From the NCBI GenBank assembly GCA_002633005.1, contig NMRA01000199.1, positions 601,376 to 665,375 of the forward strand: a stretch of DNA of 64,000 nucleotides, read 5' to 3'. The DNA comes from Phoronis australis (Eukaryota > Animalia > Phoronida). Each line of letters begins with the position of its first letter. Within the stretch, counting starts at the first letter, position 1. Of this stretch, positions 44,251-53,962 are shown in pieces. Under the pieces are notes generated by a model. It saw nothing but the letters and a program-made list of their open reading frames with translations, did no database searches and was not told where the DNA came from. A program made the position numbers and the translations under genes.

Positions 44251-47200
44251 TGAGTATGTAAATCTTGCACCCGCAAGGTAATAATCGCAAACATTGAGTC
44301 CTCAACTGGATCTCTCACAAAACTTTCATTGCTTTTATTGTTAAGTCTGGTCTGCATGCCACCTGGTGGTCACATCACGTGACCTAATGAACATCATATA
44401 TGTATAAACACATATTGTATTTCCTTGTCCTAACCTAATAAGCATACGATATGGCCAACAAGTGAAATACTATTTTATCAAATTTCTCAACAAAAGTAAA
44501 GATTAAGAAAAAATTCATCTGTTACTAGCATGACTTCTACTATGACGATGTCATAAAACATCTTTTAGTAAATTTTCCATTCTTTGAAGTAGTGTAAACA
44601 GCCTTTAAAAATGGAAAATGACAATTTTGGCAATTATTATTTTTGTGTGAAACAAGTAGAGAATCACCATGCCAGAAGACTCGTAAGAAATAATTTGAAC
44701 AATTATATACAATTCTGTTGAGTTACACTGGAATTGCCCGCAGTGAACACCACTTTAAGGAGGTTACATGAATTAAGTCCATGCCAGATCATGAGCAGAC
44801 CTTAAAGGGACACAAATCTTACAAGTTCCTCAGGTTTATGGAATTTCAGCAACAAAGAAACATGCAACGCTTCCCTTGTTGTTGACTATGAAAGGAGTTT
44901 CCCTAACCTAACTCATGTGAAGTCACTTGATTATGTCGTTGGTTAGACCCCACTTTATTGCACGAGCGGTGAAAAAGTTAATGACAACCAAAATTGGAGT
45001 TGGAAATGGAATTCTTTGCAAAATCTCTCTTTCTTTCCACTGACATGCTTCATAGAGCACATAGGCTACACGCAGCCAGGATTGCTGACGAAAACAAAAC
45101 TGTCGCTTTAAGTGAAAACTATTTTTGACAGGGTTGAATCTTCTTACGTGGTATCCATAACTCGTTTACCGCTATTAAAATGCATGGAGCATAAATAAGT
45201 AGATAGTGCTTTAGGGTCTATCGTCGCCCCAATGACATTACGACGTCTGAAGGTCTAATGGGAAACCAGCTGACAGAAACTTGATCATCAGAAATGAAAC
45301 CGTAATCCCCAGGTCCATCCAAGACCAAAAGACTTGATAAGTTTGTTTTGCTGTGAACACTATGTCTTATTTATTTCTAAAGTGCAGTCCACACACAGAC
45401 CTACCCTAGAACAAGTTACTCATGGACGAGTTGTCAATAGGTTTGGAGGCTTTGTGAACGTTATTTAAATTAGTGCAACATACCCCACTTGTGACATCTA
45501 ACTCTACCTTATCGAGGTAGGGTAACTTGTTTTAGGGTAACTTGTGCCCCTTCTATTTCCTGTGTGGCCAAAAACCTGGGGCAAGGCGAAAGTAATTATC
45601 AGCTACGGTGGTTACGTACAGACGAGTTTTCTTTTGCATGCCGTGTTCGCAGTGGGTGTTCATTATCACGAAGAGAGCGACAACTTCTGCCTTACCGTAG
45701 TTGTCGAATCTTAAATAAGCACGTGAAAACCACTGATATGGTGGTGGATTATAAATAACAGAAAATATATTCACACTAAAGAGACCTCAGAATCATTTTT
45801 CCAAAAGTAAGCATCAGCATTGTGTATAAGAACTTACCAATGCTCTGTACAAGATTGACCAATGTAAGACCATCGCCAAGACTTTTGCAAAGATCTCCAA
45901 TCAGGCGACACTTGTGAGCTTTGAGTACAACATTAGCCCAAGTGGTGTGGTACTGCAATGATATAGGTCAATGTAAAATTAAATCTGCATTTTGCCCAGT
46001 TTCAAGCTGGCTAAAAGTCTCATCAAATCGGTCTCAAAATATTCCTTACCATGACAGGAATCTGTTTCTGTAACAAAATACAGCTTTAAATGCAAGACAT
46101 ATTCAAAACTGTCCACAAACAGAACAACTTTTTAACAGTTAGAATTTTTGTTAAACTGATTTCAATTTTCTGAATTTGTGCTGTAAGTCCTTGACATTTG
46201 TTTCAAAGATGACTGACATACCATTCCCTACATGTTATGGCAGTCGGTACACAGTAGATTTCATAATTCAAAGGTTACCCTGTCACTTTCATTTCAGTTG
46301 GAACCATCAAGTCACATGAAGCAGACACAGAAATGAATAGACGAAATCCAGTTGAAATAAAACAACAAAGTACGTCTTTGTGCATATATAATGCAGTTGG
46401 GAGACTTTATTTGAAGTGTTAAATGTGACACATTTTGAAGTACATGCTACAGTCTGCTGTATTTTCTTACCACAGGGGCTTCTCAGGGCTCCAGTGCCGG
46501 GTTGCATGAAACAGTCCCAAATAGGGACTCAACTAAATTCCTTAAATCTTTTTCGTATTTTTTTCATTCTTTAGGCACAGATGTAATATTTTTTCTATAA
46601 TTTTATCTTTATTGTGACTGAGCTCTTCGTTGACTAATGAAATTTTCTAATGATATAACTAAAAACTGAGCCTTTAATTCAATCAAAACAGTTAGGGACG
46701 TAGCATGAAAAGATCCCTATTTATTTTCAATAACATTGAGAATTCAATCTAGATTTCACTCTCAATTTTTTATCAAAGCCAATATTGGCATAGTAATGAT
46801 TCTCAAACAGCATAAACAGCATAAGATATGGCAATCAGTGTTTTCACAAGCCCGCAAATACGCAGTAGATTTAGGGACTTTAGCTGAGACCCTATTTGGG
46901 ACTGTTTCATGCAACTGGGCACTGCAGTTTTCCTGGTTCACTGAGGAATAACAAATAATTATCAGTAGTCACTTACTTAAAGCTGCATTTCTCAGCAGTT
47001 AGGCTGTCAATATTGAATTCCTAACCAAAGTTTTTAGGGTTAGAAACACAACCAAGCTCATTTGATCTTGAGTTATTGTTGCCCGATGAGCTGGTACTCA
47101 CGTCATAGGCAATGTGTAGGTGAAACATTTTTGAATTTGCAATTCTGAAGCATTTTCTTCAGTTGCTGTTGGTTTCCATGTCCTTGTTGGAAATGAAACC

Positions 47201-49153
47201 CTGTCACAGTAAGGGATACTATGAAACCTACTTTACGAGAGTAAAAGACAAATTAGGCAAAATGCAGCTTTGACTTTAGTTAAAATGGGTATGAACCCGC
47301 TTTTCATCACAAAAACCACCTTTTGATTGAAACTTATCGCTGTGAAATTGGTCTCAAATTGTTCCTCAATCAAACTGAAGCTAATTTAAGTATTTTAAAA
47401 GAACTGGCAGTCCATTCACTGCCTTACCATCATTGTGCCCACCATGGTTTCAAGGAATAACATTTTTATGGTGGTAAGTTGTCTGAATCATAAGTTTGCT
47501 TCTTCGATAGAACTTGGGACTATAGCAACTTTAAGCAGACTGTTAATTTCACAAGTTAATTAGCAAAACCACAGTATATACGTAAACTACAGGTCCCTGA
47601 ACACTCAAGCAGCAAATTATCCCAAAAGGTGTACCATCATTGGACCCTTACATTGCAAATGTCCTGCTTTTCTTGAATCGCTTTACTCCTTTAGTAGCTC
47701 ACCAATACTTTTTCATAACCTTTGTTATAATGTTTAGAATCTTTGAGAGACAGACAGCAGATATACTCAGGTTTTTTTTCAAGTGAACCATTTCCCTTAG
47801 TTGAGATTTACCTCTTGATCAGGGCTCTATATATTAAGGGGTTTGTTTTTTATTTCCAGCTCTCTTTGTCAGTTCCTGTCTTGCAACCTTGGAAAACGTG
47901 TATTTTGGTACAATAAGTAAAGCCTTACAGGTTTTAGAAGACAACACCCTCTCTGAACAATTCATGTAAGCTACTGAAAAATTGTTCTCCAAAGCCAAAT
48001 CTAGATTTTATATACCAAAGTTATCAGTGTATGTAATTCTTAATTAAGCAAACATCTGTAGTTACTTTCATGGTTTATACCACATGTGGTGTGTTATAAG
48101 TTTATAGTATGAAGACAAGTAGACAACTATGTTTTAAGATTTTATGCCCTTAGAATGCAAAATGCCATAATGAAACAAGATCTGAAATAAGAGATACAGG
48201 AACTAACTTTTATTACAAAGTTTTTTTTAATTTAGAATACAACATGAGGAAAAGTGCATTTCAAAATTTCTCAGCAAAAATATGTGTAAAGGAAAGATGC
48301 TGCACTTTGCAACTGGTACCATGAAAGATTGAATCTGTGCAGCACTGAAGAGAGGCTGAGCAATTGTTTTTGTGGGAAAATAGACGGCCTTTTGTTTTCA
48401 GGGAAAAACTATGAAAATTTATTTTAGATGTTACTAGTGTGATAATATTGCGAAAACTGAAGAAACGGTCTTGGTTCCAGGGACCTGTTTCAAGAAAAGT
48501 GACTTTTAAGGATTAAAATCAAAAATCTGGTCTTAGGATCTACGCTACTATTTGTGAGAAATAAGTAAATCTCACTTCAGCAAAAGTACATTTATTGGGA
48601 ACATACCCATCACTGCTACTTTGTGAGATAATTTGTATAAATTATTATAAATTATGACTTACTGATAATTACATAGCTTCATTTTTAATCAGCAATTGTG
48701 AAATGGGATAGTAAGGTCAAACTTCTGACTTTATGTTACCCGGCGAGATCCTAAAAACTCCAAATTTGATTGACTTCAGAACATATCTCAGAAATGGCTG
48801 ATCCAATACAAACGAAACTTTCAGAGATAAAGACGATCCACTTTTGCAAAAAGGGCTATTAAAAATAGAAACAAATCCAGACAATTAGAACGATAAGACT
48901 TTCTAGTACTAAGATTAGAACAAATTCTTACCTCAATCTGTTTCACAACGCCTTCTTCCGAGGCATAACTAGCGTATTTCAAGGGTGTAGCGTAACTACT
49001 TTTGTAAAAGAACTTTTTAGGCATACTCTCTGGAGATGTCTCAGCCAGATGTTTGACATGACGAAGAGAGGAAGGTCTGGTCTCACCGTTGTCGTTGGAT
49101 CCATCTACCCAAGAGATGAACGGCTTGCCAGGCCAACTACGGTCCTTACCCAT
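3202..49153 (-). CDS. Multi-exon gene: CH-domain (NAV/DIXDC1-like) + disordered linker + coiled-coil + SAM-domain protein, ~1079 aa, 18 coding exons
   Basis: Manually joined exons 48932-49153, 45838-45952, 33957-34082, 32890-32954, 31094-31229, 28796-28881, 28467-28498, 25964-26090, 24987-25073, 21433-21600, 12598-12749, 11927-11963, 10577-11615, 8665-8829, 7363-7558, 5264-5524, 4121-4178, 3202-3369. All GT-AG, phases compatible, total 3240 nt with no internal stop. Confidence 0.85.
4121..4178 (-). CDS. Exon 17, SAM N-part (FFGVEPPLLQMFLKRLGYE)
   Basis: CTCTGTGCAG acceptor, GAG|GTAAGC donor; FL..LG.E SAM helix 1. Confidence 0.92.
5264..5524 (-). CDS. Exon 16, coiled-coil (HKRFARLESHVVTLARSVAHLSSEMR...NPKRVDKLTK)
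   Basis: CTTTCAG acceptor, AA|GTAAGC donor, phase 2 to 2; heptad pattern. Confidence 0.92.
6410..6680 (-). mobile_element. 3'-end remnant of a CR1/L2-type LINE
   Basis: CACTGCTTTCCA...GGGCCCT motif shared with the LINE 3' end at ~51685-51710, next to a (TTTA)n tail. Confidence 0.6.
7363..7558 (-). CDS. Exon 15 (GLENMYSEILKIV...KQRHKELK)
   Basis: CACCAG acceptor, AA|GTAAGA donor, phase 1 to 2. Confidence 0.9.
7664..7743. repeat. (CA)n microsatellite
   Basis: Direct reading. Confidence 0.97.
8665..8829 (-). CDS. Exon 14 (SGTLSEVKED...KEVQALRNQLS)
   Basis: CTTTATAG acceptor, CAG|GTAAAT donor, phase 1 to 1; start of coiled-coil. Confidence 0.88.
9204..9463. repeat. Minisatellite, 6 x ~43 bp
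   Basis: Unit GCAATTGTGATGTAAAACTGTGACTG(T/G)GACACTATTCTATAAG. Confidence 0.95.
10028..10160 (+). mobile_element. tRNA-derived SINE
   Basis: A-box TGGCTCAGTG, B-box GGTTCAAGT; core GGCAGAAATCTTTTCAGACT..ATTAGGTCACGTGATGTGGCCAACAG shared with 32620-32732 and partly with 44345-44392. Confidence 0.75.
10577..11615 (-). CDS. Exon 13, large Ser/Pro/Arg-rich exon (TAAPPPYDMAMRNR...PPRSQFA)
   Basis: Covers the 349-aa ORF; TTTATTTCCAG acceptor, A|GTGAGT donor, phase 0 to 1. Confidence 0.93.
11927..11963 (-). CDS. Exon 12, 37-nt microexon (SKETRPGQSLNIK)
   Basis: TATAG acceptor, AAG|GTAAAT donor; phase 2 to 0 bridges exons 11 and 13, whereas their direct join gives a stop. Confidence 0.7.
12598..12749 (-). 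CDS. Exon 11 (PSRPTDKRDVARGEALLDK...GRTDGA)
   Basis: CTTCTGCAG acceptor, AG|GTGAGT donor; only the phase-0 frame is open; exits phase 2. Confidence 0.85.
15691..15714 (-). CDS. Candidate alternative first coding exon (MLKFIKPK)
   Basis: ATG followed by AAG|GTAAGA donor in phase 0, compatible with exon 11; in-frame stop upstream. Confidence 0.45.
21433..21600 (-). CDS. Exon 10 (DYEDGELLLPPVPAKRPQP...FDNPALDL...RSSYV)
   Basis: TTCCAG acceptor, GTG|GTAAGT donor, symmetric phase 0, GC-richer than flanks. Confidence 0.85.
24987..25073 (-). CDS. Exon 9 (HQQAQPFTVEERLKNLLNTPPIGVSIDQQ)
   Basis: TTTTGTCTCCAG acceptor, CAG|GTAAC donor, symmetric phase 0. Confidence 0.75.
25964..26090 (-). CDS. Exon 8 (TSKARHRLLKNDSHG...NGQQVTQ)
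   Basis: TTTCCTACAG acceptor, CAG|GTAAGT donor; only the phase-2 frame is open. Confidence 0.75.
27826..28455 (+). mobile_element. Penelope-like element 3' remnant (GIY-YIG C-terminus) interrupted by a MITE
   Basis: After removing the MITE it reads DHTINICNTRVLSREDHWHSHKTREAIH, then (frameshift) LNRDQGLQL, typical of PLE GIY-YIG ends; followed by a degenerate hammerhead-like motif. Confidence 0.75.
27863..28091. mobile_element. MITE with imperfect TIRs and 5-bp TSD GTTCT
   Basis: Ends CAGAGGCGGGTC...GATCTGTCACTG; GTTCT at 27858-27862 and 28092-28096. Confidence 0.75.
28467..28498 (-). CDS. Exon 7, 32-nt microexon (KPLLRSTLSW-K)
   Basis: CCCAG acceptor, GAA|GTAAGT donor; phase 0 to 2 needed to join exons 6 and 8. 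The acceptor choice is uncertain. Confidence 0.55.
28796..28881 (-). CDS. Exon 6 (KDGVGREILPGIMADQDEILITSVPNPIV)
   Basis: CTTCAG acceptor, GTG|GTAAGT donor; the only open frame is phase 1 to 0. Confidence 0.7.
31094..31229 (-). CDS. Exon 5 (PPVSRPSSSKSQW...YSGPDVS)
   Basis: TGTAG acceptor, A|GTAAGT donor, open in phase 0 to 1. Confidence 0.75.
32620..32732 (-). mobile_element. tRNA-derived SINE, same family
   Basis: Reverse complement has TGGCTCAGTTTGTAGAGC and the same core. Confidence 0.75.
32890..32954 (-). CDS. Exon 4, CH domain end (GVCDGDMKSTLALMEGLQKLHN)
   Basis: CTACAG acceptor, GTAAGT donor, phase 1 to 0; matches the DG-D/N-x-K final CH helix. Confidence 0.88.
33957..34082 (-). 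CDS. Exon 3, CH domain middle (VEEKVAGAQYRPIIKAQKVENVERCLKFLASKGVDTSQLTAE)
   Basis: TTTTCAG acceptor, phase 1 to 1; ENV..CL.FL..KG CH motif. Confidence 0.93.
35570..35900. repeat. Dispersed repeat also at ~12790-12900 and ~22500-22700
   Basis: Shared ACCA(A/G)TTTAGG(A/C)CACAATATGGC and AGCCATATTGTATG(C/T)TAAAT blocks. Confidence 0.55.
37010..37090. repeat. Dispersed repeat also at ~47293-47370
   Basis: AACCCG..T.CATCACAAAAA.CA.CTTTTGATT...TGAAATTG.CTCAAA.TGTTC in both. Confidence 0.55.
42455..42695 (+). mobile_element. Possible second-family tRNA-derived SINE
   Basis: TGGCTTAGAGG A-box-like, GGATCTAATCCC B-box-like, (AAG)-rich tail; single copy in the window. Confidence 0.35.
44218..44249. 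repeat. (CA)n microsatellite
   Basis: Direct reading. Confidence 0.95.
44345..44392 (-). mobile_element. SINE 3' fragment, same family
   Basis: Reverse complement CATTAGGTCACGTGATGTGACCACCAGGTGGCATGCAGACC. Confidence 0.6.
45838..45952 (-). CDS. Exon 2, CH domain N-part (YHTTWANVVLKAHKCRLIGDLCKSLGDGLTLVNLVQSI)
   Basis: CAG acceptor, G|GTAAGT donor, phase 0 to 1; W-x-N and DL..SL.DG.TL CH signature. Confidence 0.92.
46492..46924. mobile_element. MITE with ~58-bp terminal inverted repeats
   Basis: CAGTGCCGGGTTGCATGAAACAGTCCCAAATAGGG... at the left end; near-perfect reverse complement ...CCCTATTTGGGACTGTTTCATGCAACTGGGCACTG at the right end. Confidence 0.85.
48932..49153 (-). CDS. Exon 1 (MGKDRSW...EEGVVKQIE)
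   Basis: ATG at 49153 with an upstream in-frame TAG; donor GAG|GTAAGA, phase 0; leads directly into CH helix A. Confidence 0.75.
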
Positions 49154-50740
49154 CAGTGAAGAGTTAAGTTGTAAAATACAGTACTAGAGCCTCATGCCTG
49201 ACGTAACAAGTGTGGAGTTCAACAGAGTTGAATGTCTATTTGCCGCCATGTGAACTGTGGGATAATCCATTTGTAATCTGTTCTTAAACCTGTAATATAT
49301 TAAATTCAATTCACCATTGAACCCAGTGTGAACTTAAATCCTGTATTGATAGCATCATGGATAAATGTTAATCTATCTAGAATACAAATGTCAGCCAAAT
49401 AAATTTTATCATGTCAAATTTCTAAGCAAAAATAGACATTTTTAAGAAAATTTGGTGCCTACCTGTTCTACAAATAGCATGATTTGCTCCACGAAATAGT
49501 CTGGTAAAAACTTGATTGAAAACAGAACTGTTACTGAGACACAGACCTCAGTGTAACTTATAAATACCAAACTGACCATATAATCATCAGTGGTACTCAG
49601 CATTCCAAGCAAGCAATCCCAAGTCATCATTGTACTTAACAACCAGTAATCTCATAAGGACTGCATTCAGAGCATTGTTAAAATAAACCTCTTTATTATA
49701 GAGTAGGCACACACTAACCTACAGTAATGACAGTGCAGACTGTAGGCTTCAGAATTAATTATTGTGAATCCTAGCCTTGCTTGAGTGACCTTCTGACTTC
49801 TGTTGATCAAGACTATAAAGCTGAACCTCTAGCTTATTTAATCAAAGCACCATTCTTTCAATTAATCTTTGACATCCAACTATGACATTCTATATGAAAT
49901 GGAGTGAATGACTGACATTAACTTTCTGAAATGTCTCCTACAGCCAGACACAATAAGGGGTTGTTTAACCTTGAATGCAGCCTGAATCGGCAGCACAAAT
50001 ATAACCACTACCTATGGCCATAGCCTGCAGGGATTGAGAGGAGTGGGACATTCCCTCACTGACTGATCTAGGATGACCTAAGAGAAAGACCAACCACAAG
50101 CAAAGTGTTTAGAAACGTGAAGTTGTTGGTGGGGAGACTTCTAAAAATGAAGGAGTGCTAAGAGGTTCACTCGCGAGAAGGAGTAAAGTATTTTGATTAT
50201 TTTATTGGCAATGACGTCTATATTTTAATTTTAGTTAATTCATTTTCATTCCAGAGATAACTTTGGTTTTAAGAAATGTCCACCAGGAAGACTAGCCTGC
50301 AGTGACCGACTACACGAGTAACGAACAGTANAACCCCCCCCCCCCCCCACCTTGTGAAAGGACAATACAAGACTAATCTCTTGTAAGTTGGTCATAAGGA
50401 ATGTCACCCACCAGCAGTTAGTACTTAACGTGTCACGATATTTCATTCAAGCACGCTGTCGCTGATCCCAGGTAGACCATCTGCACTCAGGAACTAGTCG
50501 CATCCTCAACTGTTGGTATGTCAGCTTAAAAAACGCACTTTGTAACCAGGAAGCGTCGTCACCTCTGCATTGGCCAGCAACGCAGTGATCCCAACACAAC
50601 AGCTTTTAAATATTAATGTACAATTCCACACCGGTTTCACGAGCATCTGAAGATCAACCATACTTTCTGGTCTCGTTGGGTCACAATAAACCTTCAAATA
50701 CCATTACTTAGGCCCTGCTACAGTACAAGGAAAACCGCAA

Positions 50741-50830
50741 ACTTACCCGTCTGCAAATGAGCACGTAGTAAGATTACAATACGCTGACAGTAATGAGTAA
50801 AGGTCCACTTTCAAAGGGGTTGTGGTTTCT
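50741..50830 (-). promoter_or_regulatory. Candidate non-coding first exon of the CH-SAM gene
   Basis: Consensus donor G|GTAAGT (GT at 50746-50745) in CpG-containing sequence, pairing with a TTACAG acceptor at 49291-49290 upstream of the ATG. The 5' boundary is unknown. Confidence 0.35.
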
Positions 50831-51619
50831 GAGTGCGGTTATGAATAATAGAATTCACATTTGTCCGTGTAGGGTATAAATACGCTTCATTCCATGCACC
50901 TTGGTACTGTAACCTATAAACACGCCGGACAAAGAACTTCGCATTACAATAGCCCCAATAAACAGTTCACACCTGTTGAGCTGTTTGGATTCAATACACA
51001 CTTTATCGGGTAATACCGGTTGGAAAGAAATCCCGGGAAGGATAACCAAGAGGCGGTAAAAATGCTAGGCGTGAACTTGGAATATTGCTTAGTCTCAAGA
51101 TCGCGTATGCGTGAACTTGGAATACATGAGGAAAGTTGAGTAGTTAACTGAAATAATGACGTTCACGTCGTTAAAAAATCGGACAATGCTAAATCAAATT
51201 ACATTTTAAAAAATAACGTAAATTTTATTCAACTTTTTTAACTATTGGCTATCTTATTCACTAAACAATAATAAATTTCAAAAAGCTCATCTGATTCTAG
51301 AAAATGAGATGCCTATTGACTTGAATGTGATATCTACGTCCTAAAAATGTCGCCATGGCACCCATATTAATTTTACGCAGCAGAGACAGTTGTGATTGCA
51401 GTTTTGGTATTACCGCTTCAATTTATCTTTTGATAATGGAGTCAAAATCTTATGTATCGCTAAGTAAGTTGCTTTCTTTTGTGGTGATAGTGACTAACTT
51501 TATCTGGCAGTGTTGATCACGGGATTCGATCGGCCAGTAAATGATTTTCTGGGATCAGCCTCAGCACGGGCCCGGAGCCTCCGAGGCCTCATGATGACGG
51601 CGACGATGACGACGACGAA

Positions 51620-53962
51620 AATAAATTGATTATTGATTTTTATTTTATAAATGTAATATTTGCAATAAAGATAGCCCCATCAGTTCACACTGCTTTCCAT
51701 GGGGGCCCTCAGTATAAACATACAGACAGTAAGACAAACTAACAGAATTACGAAATGAAAGACAATATTTAAATAATTAGTAAAGAATAGGAAAAAAGAA
51801 TAAGAAATTAACGTGGAAAGACCGGTGAAACAAAATGAAAAATAAAATATGATAAATAGAAGATAAAGAAAGTAAGACAAGATGATTAACTAAAATATAA
51901 ATATAAATAATTAAAAACAGACAATAAATAATTAACAAAAGTAAGACATAACATTATATATATATATATATATAACGTTATGTCTTACTTTTGTCTTACT
52001 TGTGTATAAGAGTGCATATGTATACATGCGCATATATATATATATTATACACACGCGCGCGCGCATGTATACATATGCACTCTTATACACACATACATAA
52101 ATACAAACATACACATGAATACACAACTACACACATACACATATATACACATGAATAAAAATAGTCTGATATGGGGATACTGAATGTAAGTTTATTCAAC
52201 AGAACGCATCTACTTGAAGTTAAATCGATTTCTTGAAATTCTTTTAAAGGTTATCAAGGTTGGTGCAGATTTGGCATCTGCTGGGAGAGTGTTCCGTAAA
52301 TAGGGCCCGCTGTAGGAATTTTTTTTTCTCAGTTTCAGTGCTGGGTTTCGGAAGATTGAAGTTGGATGATAATGAGGACCTAGTATTGTAGCGATTAGTA
52401 GTCCTCTTAAACTTAAGTATGTCGGGATAAAACATTTAAAATATTTGTACATACAACAAGCAGATGTGTGTATTTTCATTTTTCCAGTCTCCGTGTGAAG
52501 GTTTTCAATCTTAACATCTCTCACACCAGCTCCAAGAATAATCCGGGCAGCCTTATTTTGGAAAAACTGGATGGTTTTCACATCCTTGCATGATGCAACA
52601 CCCCACACCGGGAGGCAATAATCTGGGTGAGGTTGAATAATAGCATTGAAAAGGGTTTTCAGTGTTACTCTGTTCACAAATTTTCTGATGCGTATCAATA
52701 CGCCAATTTCCTTAAACACCTTTTTCGAGGTATAATCAACGTGGTGAGAGAATTTAACATTTTGATCATATATTAGTCCCAGATATTTAAAGGAACTCAC
52801 GTTCTCAATTGGACTTCCATTCCTACTCAATGACAGGGTTTGGTATTTTAGTCTTTGGGAAGTGCCAAACAGATGGATAATTCATTGGATACAAGCCAAT
52901 CTGAAGTGATTGCTAAATCATAGTTGAGATTGGTCTGGATTTCAGATGAGGTTCTGCCTGCGGACAGTATTGTAGTGTCATCCACATACAGAACAATCTT
53001 AGAATTTTGAATTAATGAGAGGGGATCATTGACAAAGATGCAAAATAGCAAAGGCACCAGTATTGACCCTGGGAACACCTGTTTTAACAGATTTGAGATC
53101 AGAGATATATCTTTTCCGACACGGGTAGCTTGAGTTCTGTTACCAAGATAATCCTGAAACCACAAGGCTTCGACACCGGTGACCCCATAGGCTTTAAGCT
53201 TCTTTAACAAGATAGTGTGGTCGAAGGTGTCAAATGCCTTCTTTAGATCAGTAAAAACAGCACCAGTAATAATCCTTGATCTGTATTTGTATAAATATGG
53301 TCAGTGACATCAATGTTAGTAGTTAATGTTGAATGGAGTGGTCGGGAATCAGATTTGGCTTTAGTCAAGAGGTTAGTACTTTTTAAGTAAGAATGAAGCT
53401 GTTTGTGGACCCATTTTCAAGGATATTTGAAAAAGATGTCAGAATTGAAATGGGTCTGTAATTTGCGCAGCACGATTTGTCACCGTCTTTGAAAAGTGGA
53501 ATAACAACGGCCGATTTCCACTCTGGTTGATGTTTTCGATGATAAATTGATCAGTGACGTAATGGGCTGAGAGATTGTCTCAGCATATAATTTAAGGATT
53601 TTAGTACTTATGCCGCCAATTCCAGAAGCAGAATTGCCATTCATTGATTTGAGTTGCTGGAAAACAAAATTAGCGTCAACCTCATGGAATTTAAAAGCTA
53701 TCTCTTCGCTGACCTGGGGTGGAAATAAATGGCTAGTTTTTTTAATTTTCGGGCTAGGTTATGGCCAATATTCGTGAAAAAGTCGTTAAAGGTATTAGCC
53801 ATGATTGCATTATCAGAGGTCATGCCATCATTCGTATTCAGTTCAGCGATATTTGTATTCGATTTCCCTGGTAAAACAGACTTTATAATTTTCCATAAGG
53901 ATTTACCATCTGATTTGTAGTCATTAATGAATGTATTATAATAATCTGCGTTGGCCTGTTTT
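51620..53962 (-). mobile_element. 5'-truncated, frameshifted CR1/L2-clade non-LTR retrotransposon (RT region + 3' UTR)
   Basis: ORF fragments 53698-54009 (ANTFNDFFTNIG), 52848-53210 (GSILVPLLFCIFVND, LYVDDTT similar to YADD) and 52210-52830 (FKYLG, YCLPVWG, QNKAARII); microsatellite-rich 3' UTR and A/T tail. Confidence 0.92.
51955..52150. repeat. (TA)n/(CA)n/(CG)n compound microsatellite in the LINE 3' UTR
   Basis: Direct reading. Confidence 0.9.

Noticed and set aside
32890-49153. Calling the gene NAV2/unc-53 or DIXDC1
   Set aside because: The CH resembles them, but the C-terminus is SAM with no AAA+ or DIX domain; no symbol assigned.
51550-51620. GC-rich stretch with (GAC/GAT)n encoding poly-Asp
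   Set aside because: Short and abutting the LINE tail; probably a retroelement tail or simple repeat.
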